This document shows, piece after piece, positions 16,744-24,664 of a stretch of DNA of 24,664 nucleotides. Below the pieces are notes generated by a model, which was not told the origin of the DNA, did no database searches, and saw only the letters and a list, made by a program, of their open reading frames with translations. Numbering within the stretch: the first letter of the stretch is position 1; each line of letters starts with the position of its first letter. A program made the position numbers and the translations under genes. Source of the DNA: a virus (Duplodnaviria > Caudoviricetes). The DNA is taken from positions 1 through 24,664 of IMG/VR virus record IMGVR_UViG_3300023095_000011, one strand, 5' to 3'.

Positions 16744-18808
16744 TACCACCCTGTGGTAATTGCGGAGCTTGCTCAACCATCTGTCCTGCGAGTGCGCTTG
16801 GGTCAGTTGGAGCGCCGCCACCGCCCATCATCTGTTGTTCAAGTGCAGCCTGTTGTAAGTCCTGCTGTTGCTTAGCCATCATATCCTCTTGGGTTGGTGC
16901 TTGTGACATCAGCGCCTGTAATTGTTTCTGAGCTTGGGCTTGGCACTTCCTCAACCATTCGATAGTCGCCTGTTTAACATCAGGTTTCTGCTCATCAAAG
17001 TCAGGAGAAACCATATACTGGTTAAAGTACTTGAGGTATTCATCACCAATGTCGTTGCGTTCTTCAGGCTCTTTGCCGCTATTAAGTATCTGTATATCCA
17101 TAAATGCGTAACGGTCGAACTCATCGTCCTTTTGTGCGCCCATAAACTTCTGCGGGTCAGTAGACCAGAGCATGTAGCGTTCAAGGAGCTTCTTAGGGCT
17201 TGGTAAGTTACCACCTGTCACAACTTCATAGAGAGATAATGGGTCGATCATCTTCATAGATGCAAGGCTATCTGCAGCTTTCAACTGTGATTGCTTATTA
17301 ACAGGCATGGTCGAACCAGCTTCTACGGCTATATCAATACCATCCTCAATCATGTCAGACTTCATTACTACCTGATCAAACTGTCCATCTTCACCAACAG
17401 CTTTAAACCAATGGTCTTCTGTGTAGTAGACCTTCATCATCTGGACAAGGTAGCGGTAATACAGGGTCGCTGCACGCTCAACAGCGCGGGCTATGTCATC
17501 CATGCGTGTGTAGTCTTGACTTTGTTGGATTTGATCTTGCCCTAATGTCTTATTAGCAGATCGTTCGCCACGTGAGATATCGTGAGTGGCAAATATGTTA
17601 TCTATCTCATTACGAGCGTCATTCTTGTCTTCTATGACGTAATTAGGGAGTGGTGGTGGGGCGACACGGGTCACAGCTGAACGCACATCCCCATTCACGC
17701 CGATACGCTCGTCAGGGGCTCCTGTAAGCTTTGCTATGTCCTCTTTCTTAATCATGACGGTGTTGAAGATTAAACCTGAGCCAGCCATCTCAGCGTTCTC
17801 CATGATCTGGAAGCCACGACGATCGAGGATTCTCTGCAACGGTGCAGCCTGTTCAACCATTGAGGTAAGGTCTACATAACTTGTACCATCATTCAGGTAG
17901 TTCAACGGGATAAATGGTGGTGCTGGGTAATCGAGGATGTTAGATGTCGCCTTGCTTGATTCTTCTTTGTAGTTCCAATTCGGGTTCTTGTCCTTACTCA
18001 GAACGTATTGGAAGTTCTCATCCACGACAGCAAGCCCGCCACGATATTGTTTCATGTCCTTATCAAAGTAGCGGAACCAGACTTCTAGCAGGTTCTTTTT
18101 CTTACCAAGTTGTGTCTTATATGCGACACGATCACCCTTGCTATTTGTGCGGGCCACGCCAATCAAGTCATAGACCTTATCCTTAGCATCAGGGAACATA
18201 GCCAGCATTTCCTCGCCTGTCTTATTCTCTAAACGCTGGACATAAACTCGTGGGACATCATTCCACTTAGCGTCCATATCAACCACGATATCCTCAGGTA
18301 ATACGTGTTCTGGAACGATCTCACCATGCTCGCCCATGTTCGGATCCCAGCGAAGCTTAATATAGCCAGCTCGCTTGAGCAGTAAGTTACGAGTCGCGAT
18401 ACGGAAGATGTCCTGTACTCGGAACTTCTTAGAGTGAGCGAATAGTGCGGTCTGCAGGTCTTTGGCTATCTGCTGTGAAGTAATCGTATCTTGAGCAGGC
18501 ATAACCTCAGGCTGTGGGATACGGGCATTAACAATAGAACAGATGGTCTCCACTGATGTGAATATACGCGGGTCTTGGTATAAATATTCTTCTTGGTAAT
18601 CATAAACATCTTTGTTCTTCCAGTGGTTAGGAAGCCACAGGTTCATATTTGATTCACGTATTTCTTTGAGCTTATAGGTGCCGTTCCAGTATGCTTCTGA
18701 ATCCTGTACAGGACGACGTATTAAAGCGAGGAGATCGTCGTCCTCCATTGGCAGGTCGAACACGGTTGTATCTACTGTTTGCTGGTTCTGAATATCTGAT
18801 GCGTCCAC
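16733..18808 (-). CDS. Portal protein (podovirus/P22-like)
   Basis: 691 aa, GTG start with AGGAG. HDISRGE..NKTLG and DIAVEAGSTMP motifs, Gln-rich C-terminal tail; follows the terminase. Confidence 0.85.
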   Translation of the reverse strand: MDASDIQNQQTVDTTVFDLPMEDDDLLALIRRPVQDSEAYWNGTYKLKEIRESNMNLWLPNHWKNKDVYDYQEEYLYQDPRIFTSVETICSIVNARIPQPEVMPAQDTITSQQIAKDLQTALFAHSKKFRVQDIFRIATRNLLLKRAGYIKLRWDPNMGEHGEIVPEHVLPEDIVVDMDAKWNDVPRVYVQRLENKTGEEMLAMFPDAKDKVYDLIGVARTNSKGDRVAYKTQLGKKKNLLEVWFRYFDKDMKQYRGGLAVVDENFQYVLSKDKNPNWNYKEESSKATSNILDYPAPPFIPLNYLNDGTSYVDLTSMVEQAAPLQRILDRRGFQIMENAEMAGSGLIFNTVMIKKEDIAKLTGAPDERIGVNGDVRSAVTRVAPPPLPNYVIEDKNDARNEIDNIFATHDISRGERSANKTLGQDQIQQSQDYTRMDDIARAVERAATLYYRYLVQMMKVYYTEDHWFKAVGEDGQFDQVVMKSDMIEDGIDIAVEAGSTMPVNKQSQLKAADSLASMKMIDPLSLYEVVTGGNLPSPKKLLERYMLWSTDPQKFMGAQKDDEFDRYAFMDIQILNSGKEPEERNDIGDEYLKYFNQYMVSPDFDEQKPDVKQATIEWLRKCQAQAQKQLQALMSQAPTQEDMMAKQQQDLQQAALEQQMMGGGGAPTDPSALAGQMVEQAPQLPQGGMVN

Positions 18809-18856
18809 GAATAACTCCTAGTTATGCCGTGTTGAGCCTTTGAAATGAGTATATCA
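18809..18856 (-). promoter_or_regulatory. Extended -10 promoter, conserved motif and SD hairpin (site D)
   Basis: TGATATACT-catttc-aaAGGCTC-aaca-CGGC-ATAACT AGG AGTTAT-tcGTG. Confidence 0.75.
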
Positions 18857-18884
18857 CACTCCAACTCACACACTACCCCTGTAA

Positions 18885-19160
18885 TTATTTAGCGTTTATG
18901 AGCAAGCGATAGTTGGATTTGCACAATTTACAGCGTACATTCACCGCTATATCGAAGTCCGTAGTCGGCATTGGAGTAGAGATAATCTTATCTATCTGCC
19001 CCTTTACGTCATAGATAGTTCTCTTACAGAATAAGCAACTGAGCTTCTCCATTTCGGACTGTGTGCCACCCATCATGTAGATGCTGATTGGCGGGCTGTT
19101 TGTGTGATCTTTATATGGTTTTTCACCATTACTAAAACTGAATGAATCGTTCATGTACAT
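18885..19160 (-). CDS. Zinc-ribbon protein, Mu Com-like (putative translational regulator)
   Basis: KLSCLFCKRTIY...VNVRCKLCKSNYRL matches the Com pattern (C-x2-C-x-K/R-hydrophobic...I/V-x-I/V-R-C-x2-C-K) with a longer loop; TAATG-coupled to terL. Confidence 0.6.
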   Translation of the reverse strand: MYMNDSFSFSNGEKPYKDHTNSPPISIYMMGGTQSEMEKLSCLFCKRTIYDVKGQIDKIISTPMPTTDFDIAVNVRCKLCKSNYRLLINAK

Positions 19161-20821
19161 TACTGTCTCCTTAATTTATTTTTAGCTAACGATCTCTCTA
19201 CTAACCTATCTAATGGCATATGTAGCGCCTCGGCAACAGGAACAGTACCGTCTTCTCGCACTCTGAAGCTTGGTCGCCCTTTCTTCTCAGGTGTATTCCG
19301 TACACCACCTGCATCGGTACTCTTCAACATCTGTCCAACACCAACTCTATAGTAAGCTAAAGCATGCAACCAGTGGTCAGGCTTATTCTCTTTCTTTTCC
19401 CAGCGTGCCCGTAGTATGCCTTTGGTGTCTGGTTCTACTACACGGTACATATTTGATGCATGATAAATCAGGTCTTCTAGTGCCTTTGGTTCTTGGAAGA
19501 AGCGTATCTCCCCACTGGTAATGCGTCCAGCAAGGTCATCAAACAACTTAGTTCTATCCGAGTCTATACGTCCGAACTGTGAGCCTTCATTGCGTAGTGA
19601 CACGGCCATGTTCTTTGAGTCATGCACGTAGTAGTGGACAAACACCCGCCCTGGGTACTTCTTAGCAAGCCGTTCAGGTATCGTAAAGTCTGGCAAGGCA
19701 TCTATCACACAGGTCGCGTCATAGAGGTTTATCAACCGTTCGATGTCTTCCCATTCATTTGTCTTACCATATGAAATCACGCCCTCTTGGTTACCCATGA
19801 CCCAGTGTTTCTCTTTACCTGAGTCGCAACCTATCACTACATCTGTTCTATCGGCTAGTCCAGGCAGACAAGCCCGTAGGATAGCCTCACGGTTAATCAA
19901 ATACTCGCTTGCTTGGTATGGAAGACCAAGTACCATATTATGGAAGCTCTGTATGTCCATCTCTTTCTCTTGGTCAAGGATAAGCTCAGCTGATACCCAC
20001 GGAATCATCAGCTGATTAATCCAGTAGCCTCTGCGTGAGCGGCCAGGATACTTAGCTATCCATCGTCCACTCTGCCTATCTGCATCTGTTAGTGGTTGGT
20101 CGCACTTTCCACATGCGTATATGACACGTTCAGGGTCTATGTAATGATTGTGCCTGTGGTCATCCTTCTTAAAGTCTAGATACATCTCATGTCCACAACT
20201 ACACTTCACGAACCAGTGCATCTGGTCTGATTCTTGGAACAATTCATGTACACCAAAGCCAGGCAATGACGGGTTACTAAACTTCCAGTACCACCGAAAG
20301 TCCGAAGCTTGAAGACGTGAGCGCATCATCATTAAGACGTTCTGGTTCGATCTATCAAACTCATCAGACACGATTAAGTCGGCAGCGGTCGAGATAGCCT
20401 CGCCCTCATGATGCGCACCACGGAAGTAGATAAACCTATCACCCACAGCTTTCATGCTCTTGTTGTCCGTACTCTTCACCATCTTAGCTAGCACTGGATT
20501 ACGTTTAAGCATCGGGTCTACCTTAGGCACGACGAACTCAGCACTTGCGTTACGGGTCGGGAGGACGTAGATCACATTTAACTTTAAGAAGTTAGCGGCA
20601 TGAATAGATTTCAGGATAGCTGCCGTACTCCATCCTATCTGTGCAGACTTCATAATAACTTGGTCGGGTGTTGAGTCTGCGTACGGTTGAAGCATGAACC
20701 TATGAGCTGTGAACTCCACAGGCTTTTGGTTCTCAGTAATCAGGTCGTTGTCCATCACCCACATCGCAGGGTTCAATATATGGAGCTTAGCTCGTAGCTT
20801 CTCTTTCTCCTCATTCTCCAT
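19160..20821 (-). CDS. terL: Terminase large subunit, lambda GpA-like family
   Basis: Variant Walker A VIMKSAQIGWS, Walker B IVSDEFD, motif III FSNPS, Zn motif CSCGH...CGKC, nuclease IGCDSG and DHWLHA. Confidence 0.9.
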   Translation of the reverse strand: MENEEKEKLRAKLHILNPAMWVMDNDLITENQKPVEFTAHRFMLQPYADSTPDQVIMKSAQIGWSTAAILKSIHAANFLKLNVIYVLPTRNASAEFVVPKVDPMLKRNPVLAKMVKSTDNKSMKAVGDRFIYFRGAHHEGEAISTAADLIVSDEFDRSNQNVLMMMRSRLQASDFRWYWKFSNPSLPGFGVHELFQESDQMHWFVKCSCGHEMYLDFKKDDHRHNHYIDPERVIYACGKCDQPLTDADRQSGRWIAKYPGRSRRGYWINQLMIPWVSAELILDQEKEMDIQSFHNMVLGLPYQASEYLINREAILRACLPGLADRTDVVIGCDSGKEKHWVMGNQEGVISYGKTNEWEDIERLINLYDATCVIDALPDFTIPERLAKKYPGRVFVHYYVHDSKNMAVSLRNEGSQFGRIDSDRTKLFDDLAGRITSGEIRFFQEPKALEDLIYHASNMYRVVEPDTKGILRARWEKKENKPDHWLHALAYYRVGVGQMLKSTDAGGVRNTPEKKGRPSFRVREDGTVPVAEALHMPLDRLVERSLAKNKLRRQ

Positions 20822-21278
20822 GCGAACTCGTCTGCTTCATGAGCATCTCAAGTGTACTGTCTACTATCTCTTTAGCGGCAGGAGTGTTTGGGTTGAGGTT
20901 GTTCTGTTGGATGAATGTGTTATAGGTATTGCCTGATGGTGTATCTACAGGAGTTATGTGCCCCTTTACCTTAATAGCTGTCTCTAAGTATTTGTGACGG
21001 ATTGCATAGTCTGGTTGTATATCAACAAAGCTTTCTTCACTCTTCGTACCCATAACAACAGCACGAGTAGCGCCTAAGCCCTCGTTCATAACCTGAGTTA
21101 AGCGCTCATCAGTCACGCCTGCTTCTTCAAGTATCTGAATAAAACCCTTTGACTGAGTTAATTTCTGCGGAGTTTTAGCTGTTTGAGGCGAATATCCTGC
21201 TTCTAACATCGCACGTGATATATTTCCGCCATTTTCCGCCGAAATCTCAGCCGCTAACTTCTGTCGCTCCGTTGGCAT
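20811..21278 (-). CDS. terS: Terminase small subunit
   Basis: N-terminal HTH TERQK....GNISRAMLEAGYSPQTAK; overlaps the terL start. Confidence 0.8.
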   Translation of the reverse strand: MPTERQKLAAEISAENGGNISRAMLEAGYSPQTAKTPQKLTQSKGFIQILEEAGVTDERLTQVMNEGLGATRAVVMGTKSEESFVDIQPDYAIRHKYLETAIKVKGHITPVDTPSGNTYNTFIQQNNLNPNTPAAKEIVDSTLEMLMKQTSSHGE

Positions 21279-21435
21279 TTTGTACGTCTTTCACAGTTAG
21301 TGTTATACCAATATCGAATGATGCATCTTCAAGAACAATCGGGATAATGAGTGTATTACCAACTGGATTCACGACCCAATCAGCCATCTCTTCTACCCGA
21401 CCATTGATGAGCTCTATAACTCGGTCTTTAATCAT
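21247..21435 (-). CDS. Hypothetical protein
   Basis: 62 aa, ATGA-coupled to the upstream ORF; overlaps the terS start by 32 nt. Confidence 0.55.
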   Translation of the reverse strand: MIKDRVIELINGRVEEMADWVVNPVGNTLIIPIVLEDASFDIGITLTVKDVQNANGATEVSG

Positions 21436-21662
21436 TTTGCTTCCTTAACAGGACTATCCTCTGTAGGTGGTTCAAGTTCGGTGATAGTTAGCTCAGTAAA
21501 CTGATCGTTAAGTTTGAACTGGGTGTTCTCGGTTACAGTGTGACCTTGCTTCAATGCGATCGTACTCAATGTGCCACTGAAGATAGCCTGTGAGTGTGTC
21601 TGAATAAAGGTTAGTAGTTGTGCGTCTGGTTGTTCTAGTTTGATTGTTACTGGTTCTGACAT
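21432..21662 (-). CDS. Hypothetical protein
   Basis: 76 aa with strong SD AAGGAG. Confidence 0.7.
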   Translation of the reverse strand: MSEPVTIKLEQPDAQLLTFIQTHSQAIFSGTLSTIALKQGHTVTENTQFKLNDQFTELTITELEPPTEDSPVKEAK

Positions 21663-21671
21663 ATTATCTCC

Positions 21672-21938
21672 TTAAAGTTGTTCTTTCTCTTCTTTACTAT
21701 ACATCTCATCGACCATTTCTGGGTAGAGGCGGGCATAATCTTTACTTGGTGAACCGTCTGCGTTCCACGGCTGTACTAAATCAGCTTGGTGGGCTTCACG
21801 GTCTTTCTCTCTGCTATACGATGCAATACCTGCGTGCTCCTTTCGACTTAAACAATCCTTACAATACAAACCGTACTTACCATTGAATACAGCGCTCATA
21901 AGCTTATCGCTTTTCTTACATACGAGACATTGGCTCAT
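21672..21938 (-). CDS. Small zinc-finger protein (start revised to ATG 21938; 88 aa)
   Basis: CLVC...CKDC. ATG 21938 overlaps the TAA of the upstream 29-aa ORF (TAATG). Confidence 0.65.
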   Translation of the reverse strand: MSQCLVCKKSDKLMSAVFNGKYGLYCKDCLSRKEHAGIASYSREKDREAHQADLVQPWNADGSPSKDYARLYPEMVDEMYSKEEKEQL

Positions 21939-22027
21939 TAATGCCACCTACCACTTTGTGAAACAGCGTAGGCAGCAACCAAAAAGCCGATAATGAAACC
22001 TAGTGCTATACCTGCTAAAAATGTCAT
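21938..22027 (-). CDS. 29-aa single-pass membrane peptide (not in the ORF track)
   Basis: MTFLAGIALGFIIGFLVAAYAVSQSGRWH*; coupled on both sides (ATGA and TAATG). Confidence 0.6.
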   Translation of the reverse strand: MTFLAGIALGFIIGFLVAAYAVSQSGRWH

Positions 22028-22293
22028 GAATGGTTCTCCCTTAATACTCGATCACGTTCTTTAATCCGTGCTAACTCTATCTGGTCTGGAGTCATACGAG
22101 GAATAGAGCCTGTACTTGAGCTTAAATCGATCGGCGTGTTCTTTGTGACCTTACCAGCTACAGGACGGACGACACCTGCTTTGTTGGCCTCACGCTCTTC
22201 TGTCTTAGCTTCGTAGAGTTCTTTAAGCATTGTATACATCTCTTTGGCGTAGAAGCCTGCTAACAAGCCAAGAATAAGCCATAGAGCTATCAT
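22024..22293 (-). CDS. Membrane-anchored hypothetical protein
   Basis: 89 aa with N-terminal TM segment MIALWLILGLLAGFYA; ATGA-coupled. Confidence 0.7.
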   Translation of the reverse strand: MIALWLILGLLAGFYAKEMYTMLKELYEAKTEEREANKAGVVRPVAGKVTKNTPIDLSSSTGSIPRMTPDQIELARIKERDRVLRENHS

Positions 22294-22457
22294 TTGTCTG
22301 CCTTCTTATTGAGTTCACGTTGTATAACTTCGAGTATGTAGAGTTTGTCATACATTTCAGCATAATTATCAGAGTCCCCAGCTCCTGATACTGTTTGAAT
22401 ATGCACTTTTATTGCACCAATCATCTCTTCTAAGGTGAGTCCTTCAGGTACTATCAT
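22290..22457 (-). CDS. 55-aa hypothetical protein (not in the ORF track)
   Basis: MIVPEGLTLEEMIGAIKVHIQTVSGAGDSDNYAEMYDKLYILEVIQRELNKKADK*; ATGA overlaps at both ends. Confidence 0.65.
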   Translation of the reverse strand: MIVPEGLTLEEMIGAIKVHIQTVSGAGDSDNYAEMYDKLYILEVIQRELNKKADK

Positions 22458-24076
22458 TGCTGACTCAGCTTGTTAATCTGTATCTGCTCTATCTGGTAGG
22501 CACGGTCATAACCTATGTGTACTGGAATAGTGATTGCAAGTCCAGCAGCAGCACAAGCGTTCTCTACGACACTCTTGAGTACCTTTGTAGGGTCTAAGAT
22601 GCCAGCCTTGAGTAGATCGATCGGTTCCTCTGACATTTCTTTTACGTTAAAGCCATAGCCTTTCTTAGACTTCAGTACTTGGCGCAAGCGATAGCCACCA
22701 TCTTCACCTGCGTTTGCCATGAGTTGTTTAAATGGTTCAGCTAATGCCTCAAATACAACCTCACAGCCTTGTTGTTCGCTAGGGTCTGCTTCGTCACTAT
22801 CCATTTTACTAAGTCTCGCAAGTGTTGTAGCACCGCCAGGCACGATACCTTCTTCTTTAGCGGCACGAGTAGCAGCGATAGCGTCCTCTACACGATACTT
22901 CATCTCTTTAGCTTCTGATTCAGTTGCACCGCCGACACGGATGATGCCAATCTTACCTTGTAACTTAGACAGACGTAGTTCCATGCGTTCTTTCTGGAAA
23001 GCGTTGTACTTATCTGATTTGAGTTGTTCTTTGAGGTCGCTGATTCTTTCAGCGATTTCTTTCTTGTTACCCTTACCACCTAAGATAGTTGTGGTGTCTT
23101 TGGTAACGGTTACTTTATCTGCAAGTCCGAGGTAGTTAGCGGTTACCTTATCGGCAGGAAGCGAGCCAGGGATAACTTTAGCGCCTGTCATAGCCGCAAC
23201 ATCTTCTAAGAATGGCAGTTCTTGGTCACCATAGACAGGAGGTTTCACAACACAGACTTTAATCTTGCCTGTTAAGTTGGTAAGGGCACAGGTTTCAGAT
23301 GCTTGTCCGTCTACGTTTCCGATAAACAGAACTGTCTTGCTCTTCACATTGGCGTGGACTAATTCAAGTATCGGGATGATGTCTTGGTTCTGAGTGATTT
23401 TCTTTTCGAGTACACAGATAGCTATATCCTCATGGACTGCTTCTTCACTGGTTCGATCAGTCACAAAGTGTGGCATCGTCCAGCCTTTATCGAAATGGAA
23501 GCCCTCTACCGTGTCTTGAATGACTCCAAGAGCGTTATGGAACTCTACCGAAACACCAACACCACCTGTTTTCTTCACGACATCGGCGACTAATTTACCG
23601 ATCTCAGGATCGCTGGCTGAAATGCCTGCTACTTTAGCTAAATCTTCATCTTTAACTGTCACAGAGAGATTGTCTAGTTCTTGCTTAATCCAAATAGCGG
23701 CTTTATCTATTCCCTTACGAAGTGCGAATGGACTATAACCTGCAGCAATCCGTTGGTTCGCAAGATTCATAATGTTATACCCGAGAATACAGGTACAGGT
23801 CGTACCGTCTCCACTGGTACTGTTGGACTTCTCAGAAGCTTCTACCAATAACCCAATGCCGAGGTCTTCTATTTCATCTTTAGAGGCGAGATCACGGACA
23901 GCAGTTACGCCGTCTTTGGTGATGTTTGGCTTACCGTAGTTCAGAGCAACAGCCACATTAGAGCTTGTTGCTCCATAGGTAGCAGAAGCAACATCGGCGA
24001 CGAGGTACATACCTTTTAGAATCTTCTCCCTTACTTCAGGACCGCTTGTTACGACTCGTACATCAGCGCGTGGCAT
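22454..24076 (-). CDS. groEL: Phage-encoded group I chaperonin GroEL (divergent)
   Basis: ITKDGVT, GDGTTT, IRVGGATESEAKEMKYRVEDAIAATRAAKEEGIVPGG and GILDPTKV motifs; no GGM tail. Confidence 0.95.
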   Translation of the reverse strand: MPRADVRVVTSGPEVREKILKGMYLVADVASATYGATSSNVAVALNYGKPNITKDGVTAVRDLASKDEIEDLGIGLLVEASEKSNSTSGDGTTCTCILGYNIMNLANQRIAAGYSPFALRKGIDKAAIWIKQELDNLSVTVKDEDLAKVAGISASDPEIGKLVADVVKKTGGVGVSVEFHNALGVIQDTVEGFHFDKGWTMPHFVTDRTSEEAVHEDIAICVLEKKITQNQDIIPILELVHANVKSKTVLFIGNVDGQASETCALTNLTGKIKVCVVKPPVYGDQELPFLEDVAAMTGAKVIPGSLPADKVTANYLGLADKVTVTKDTTTILGGKGNKKEIAERISDLKEQLKSDKYNAFQKERMELRLSKLQGKIGIIRVGGATESEAKEMKYRVEDAIAATRAAKEEGIVPGGATTLARLSKMDSDEADPSEQQGCEVVFEALAEPFKQLMANAGEDGGYRLRQVLKSKKGYGFNVKEMSEEPIDLLKAGILDPTKVLKSVVENACAAAGLAITIPVHIGYDRAYQIEQIQINKLSQQ

Positions 24077-24351
24077 TACTTATCCTCCACTAACATGATA
24101 CGGCTTGCTTGGAATATAGCTTGGCCTTTATCTTTAATCTCTTGAGGGGTGTCTGCCTCCGCATGTTTCTGTACATATACGATGTCTCCTATTTTAACAT
24201 CGGGCGTAATTAGCTTGCCAAATTCATAATGCCCCTCACCTACAGCCAATACCTCGTACTTCTGCATCGTGTCTTCTATGTTAGACGTGGTAACTACAGC
24301 GCTCTCTTTTTTTATTTCCTTACCCAAGACGTAACTAGCATATGGCCTCAT
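24076..24351 (-). CDS. groES: Phage-encoded co-chaperonin GroES (divergent)
   Basis: MRP....V...EVLAVGEG....G..I.PDVKIGDIV; TAATG-coupled to groEL. Confidence 0.9.
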   Translation of the reverse strand: MRPYASYVLGKEIKKESAVVTTSNIEDTMQKYEVLAVGEGHYEFGKLITPDVKIGDIVYVQKHAEADTPQEIKDKGQAIFQASRIMLVEDK

Positions 24352-24664
24352 ATTAACCCCAATTCTTTATTAGTTTTAGCAAAATCACCGTAAACTTTAC
24401 GAGCTAGTGAATCATAAGCTAAAGCCGCTTCTTTTGCAGTTTTATAAAAGCCTGCGTTATTTTTGCCGACTCTAGCTCTATATTTTTTTAAATCTACCCT
24501 ATAATCTACGCCCTTAAACCCTGTTTTATTACGTACAGATATTTTTGCGTTAGCACCATTTTGTGAAGTACTGCAAAGACGCAAGTTATGGCGACGGTTA
24601 TCTAATTTATCACCATTAATGTGGTCTATATATTTACCATCAATGGATTCAAGTATGTCTCGGT
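24348..24664 (-). CDS. HNH-AP2 homing endonuclease (5'-truncated by the window edge)
   Basis: The frame stays open upstream of the track's start: RDILESIDGKYIDHINGDKLDNRRHNLRLC (HNH), then TGFKGV...YRARV...GFYKTAKEAALAYD (AP2). Visibly more AT-rich than its neighbours. Confidence 0.9.
   Translation of the reverse strand, partial: RDILESIDGKYIDHINGDKLDNRRHNLRLCSTSQNGANAKISVRNKTGFKGVDYRVDLKKYRARVGKNNAGFYKTAKEAALAYDSLARKVYGDFAKTNKELGLI

Noticed and set aside
22454-24351. groES-groEL as host chromosomal genes marking a prophage boundary
   Set aside because: They are flanked by a phage HNH-AP2 gene and coupled phage ORFs, are strongly divergent, and have no upstream intergenic space for heat-shock regulation.
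1-24664. Alternative genetic code (stop-codon reassignment)
   Set aside because: Genes are full length in code 11, and TAA, TAG and TGA all end genes at sensible, often coupled, positions.
1-24664. CRISPR array, tRNA, DGR template/variable repeat, intron or intein
   Set aside because: By eye I found no regularly spaced repeats, cloverleaf, near-identical repeat pair or reverse transcriptase, and terL, portal and groEL have no large insertions.
1-24664. Host assignment (for example Patescibacteria/Saccharibacteria)
   Set aside because: The gene style is suggestive only; nothing in the window supports a host call without database or spacer matches.

Overview
This window is a late-gene segment of a tailed dsDNA phage with podovirus-like architecture; whether it is free phage or prophage cannot be told, as no integrase, att site or host gene is visible. 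All credible genes are on the minus strand and tightly coupled by TAATG/ATGA overlaps. Reading right to left: truncated HNH-AP2 endonuclease, groES-groEL, small hypothetical, membrane and Zn-finger ORFs, terS, lambda GpA-type terL, a Mu Com-like zinc-ribbon protein, portal, acidic scaffold, major capsid, decoration proteins, several beta-rich fibre proteins (one with a C1q-like domain), adaptor, nozzle and internal (ejection) proteins. The last of these runs off the left edge and is missing from the ORF track. The most notable signal is non-coding. Nearly every real intergenic gap in the structural region holds a sigma70-type -10 box followed by the same non-palindromic motif, RGCTC-N3/4-YGGC on the mRNA strand. 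The motif lies just upstream of a Shine-Dalgarno-occluding hairpin (4 sites), over the SD and start codon (2 sites), or as a variant inside leader hairpins (2 sites, including a terminator in front of the major capsid gene). Together with the Com-like gene next to the first site, this suggests a post-transcriptional regulon for virion morphogenesis. Protein calls come from motif recognition and synteny only; no database searches were run.
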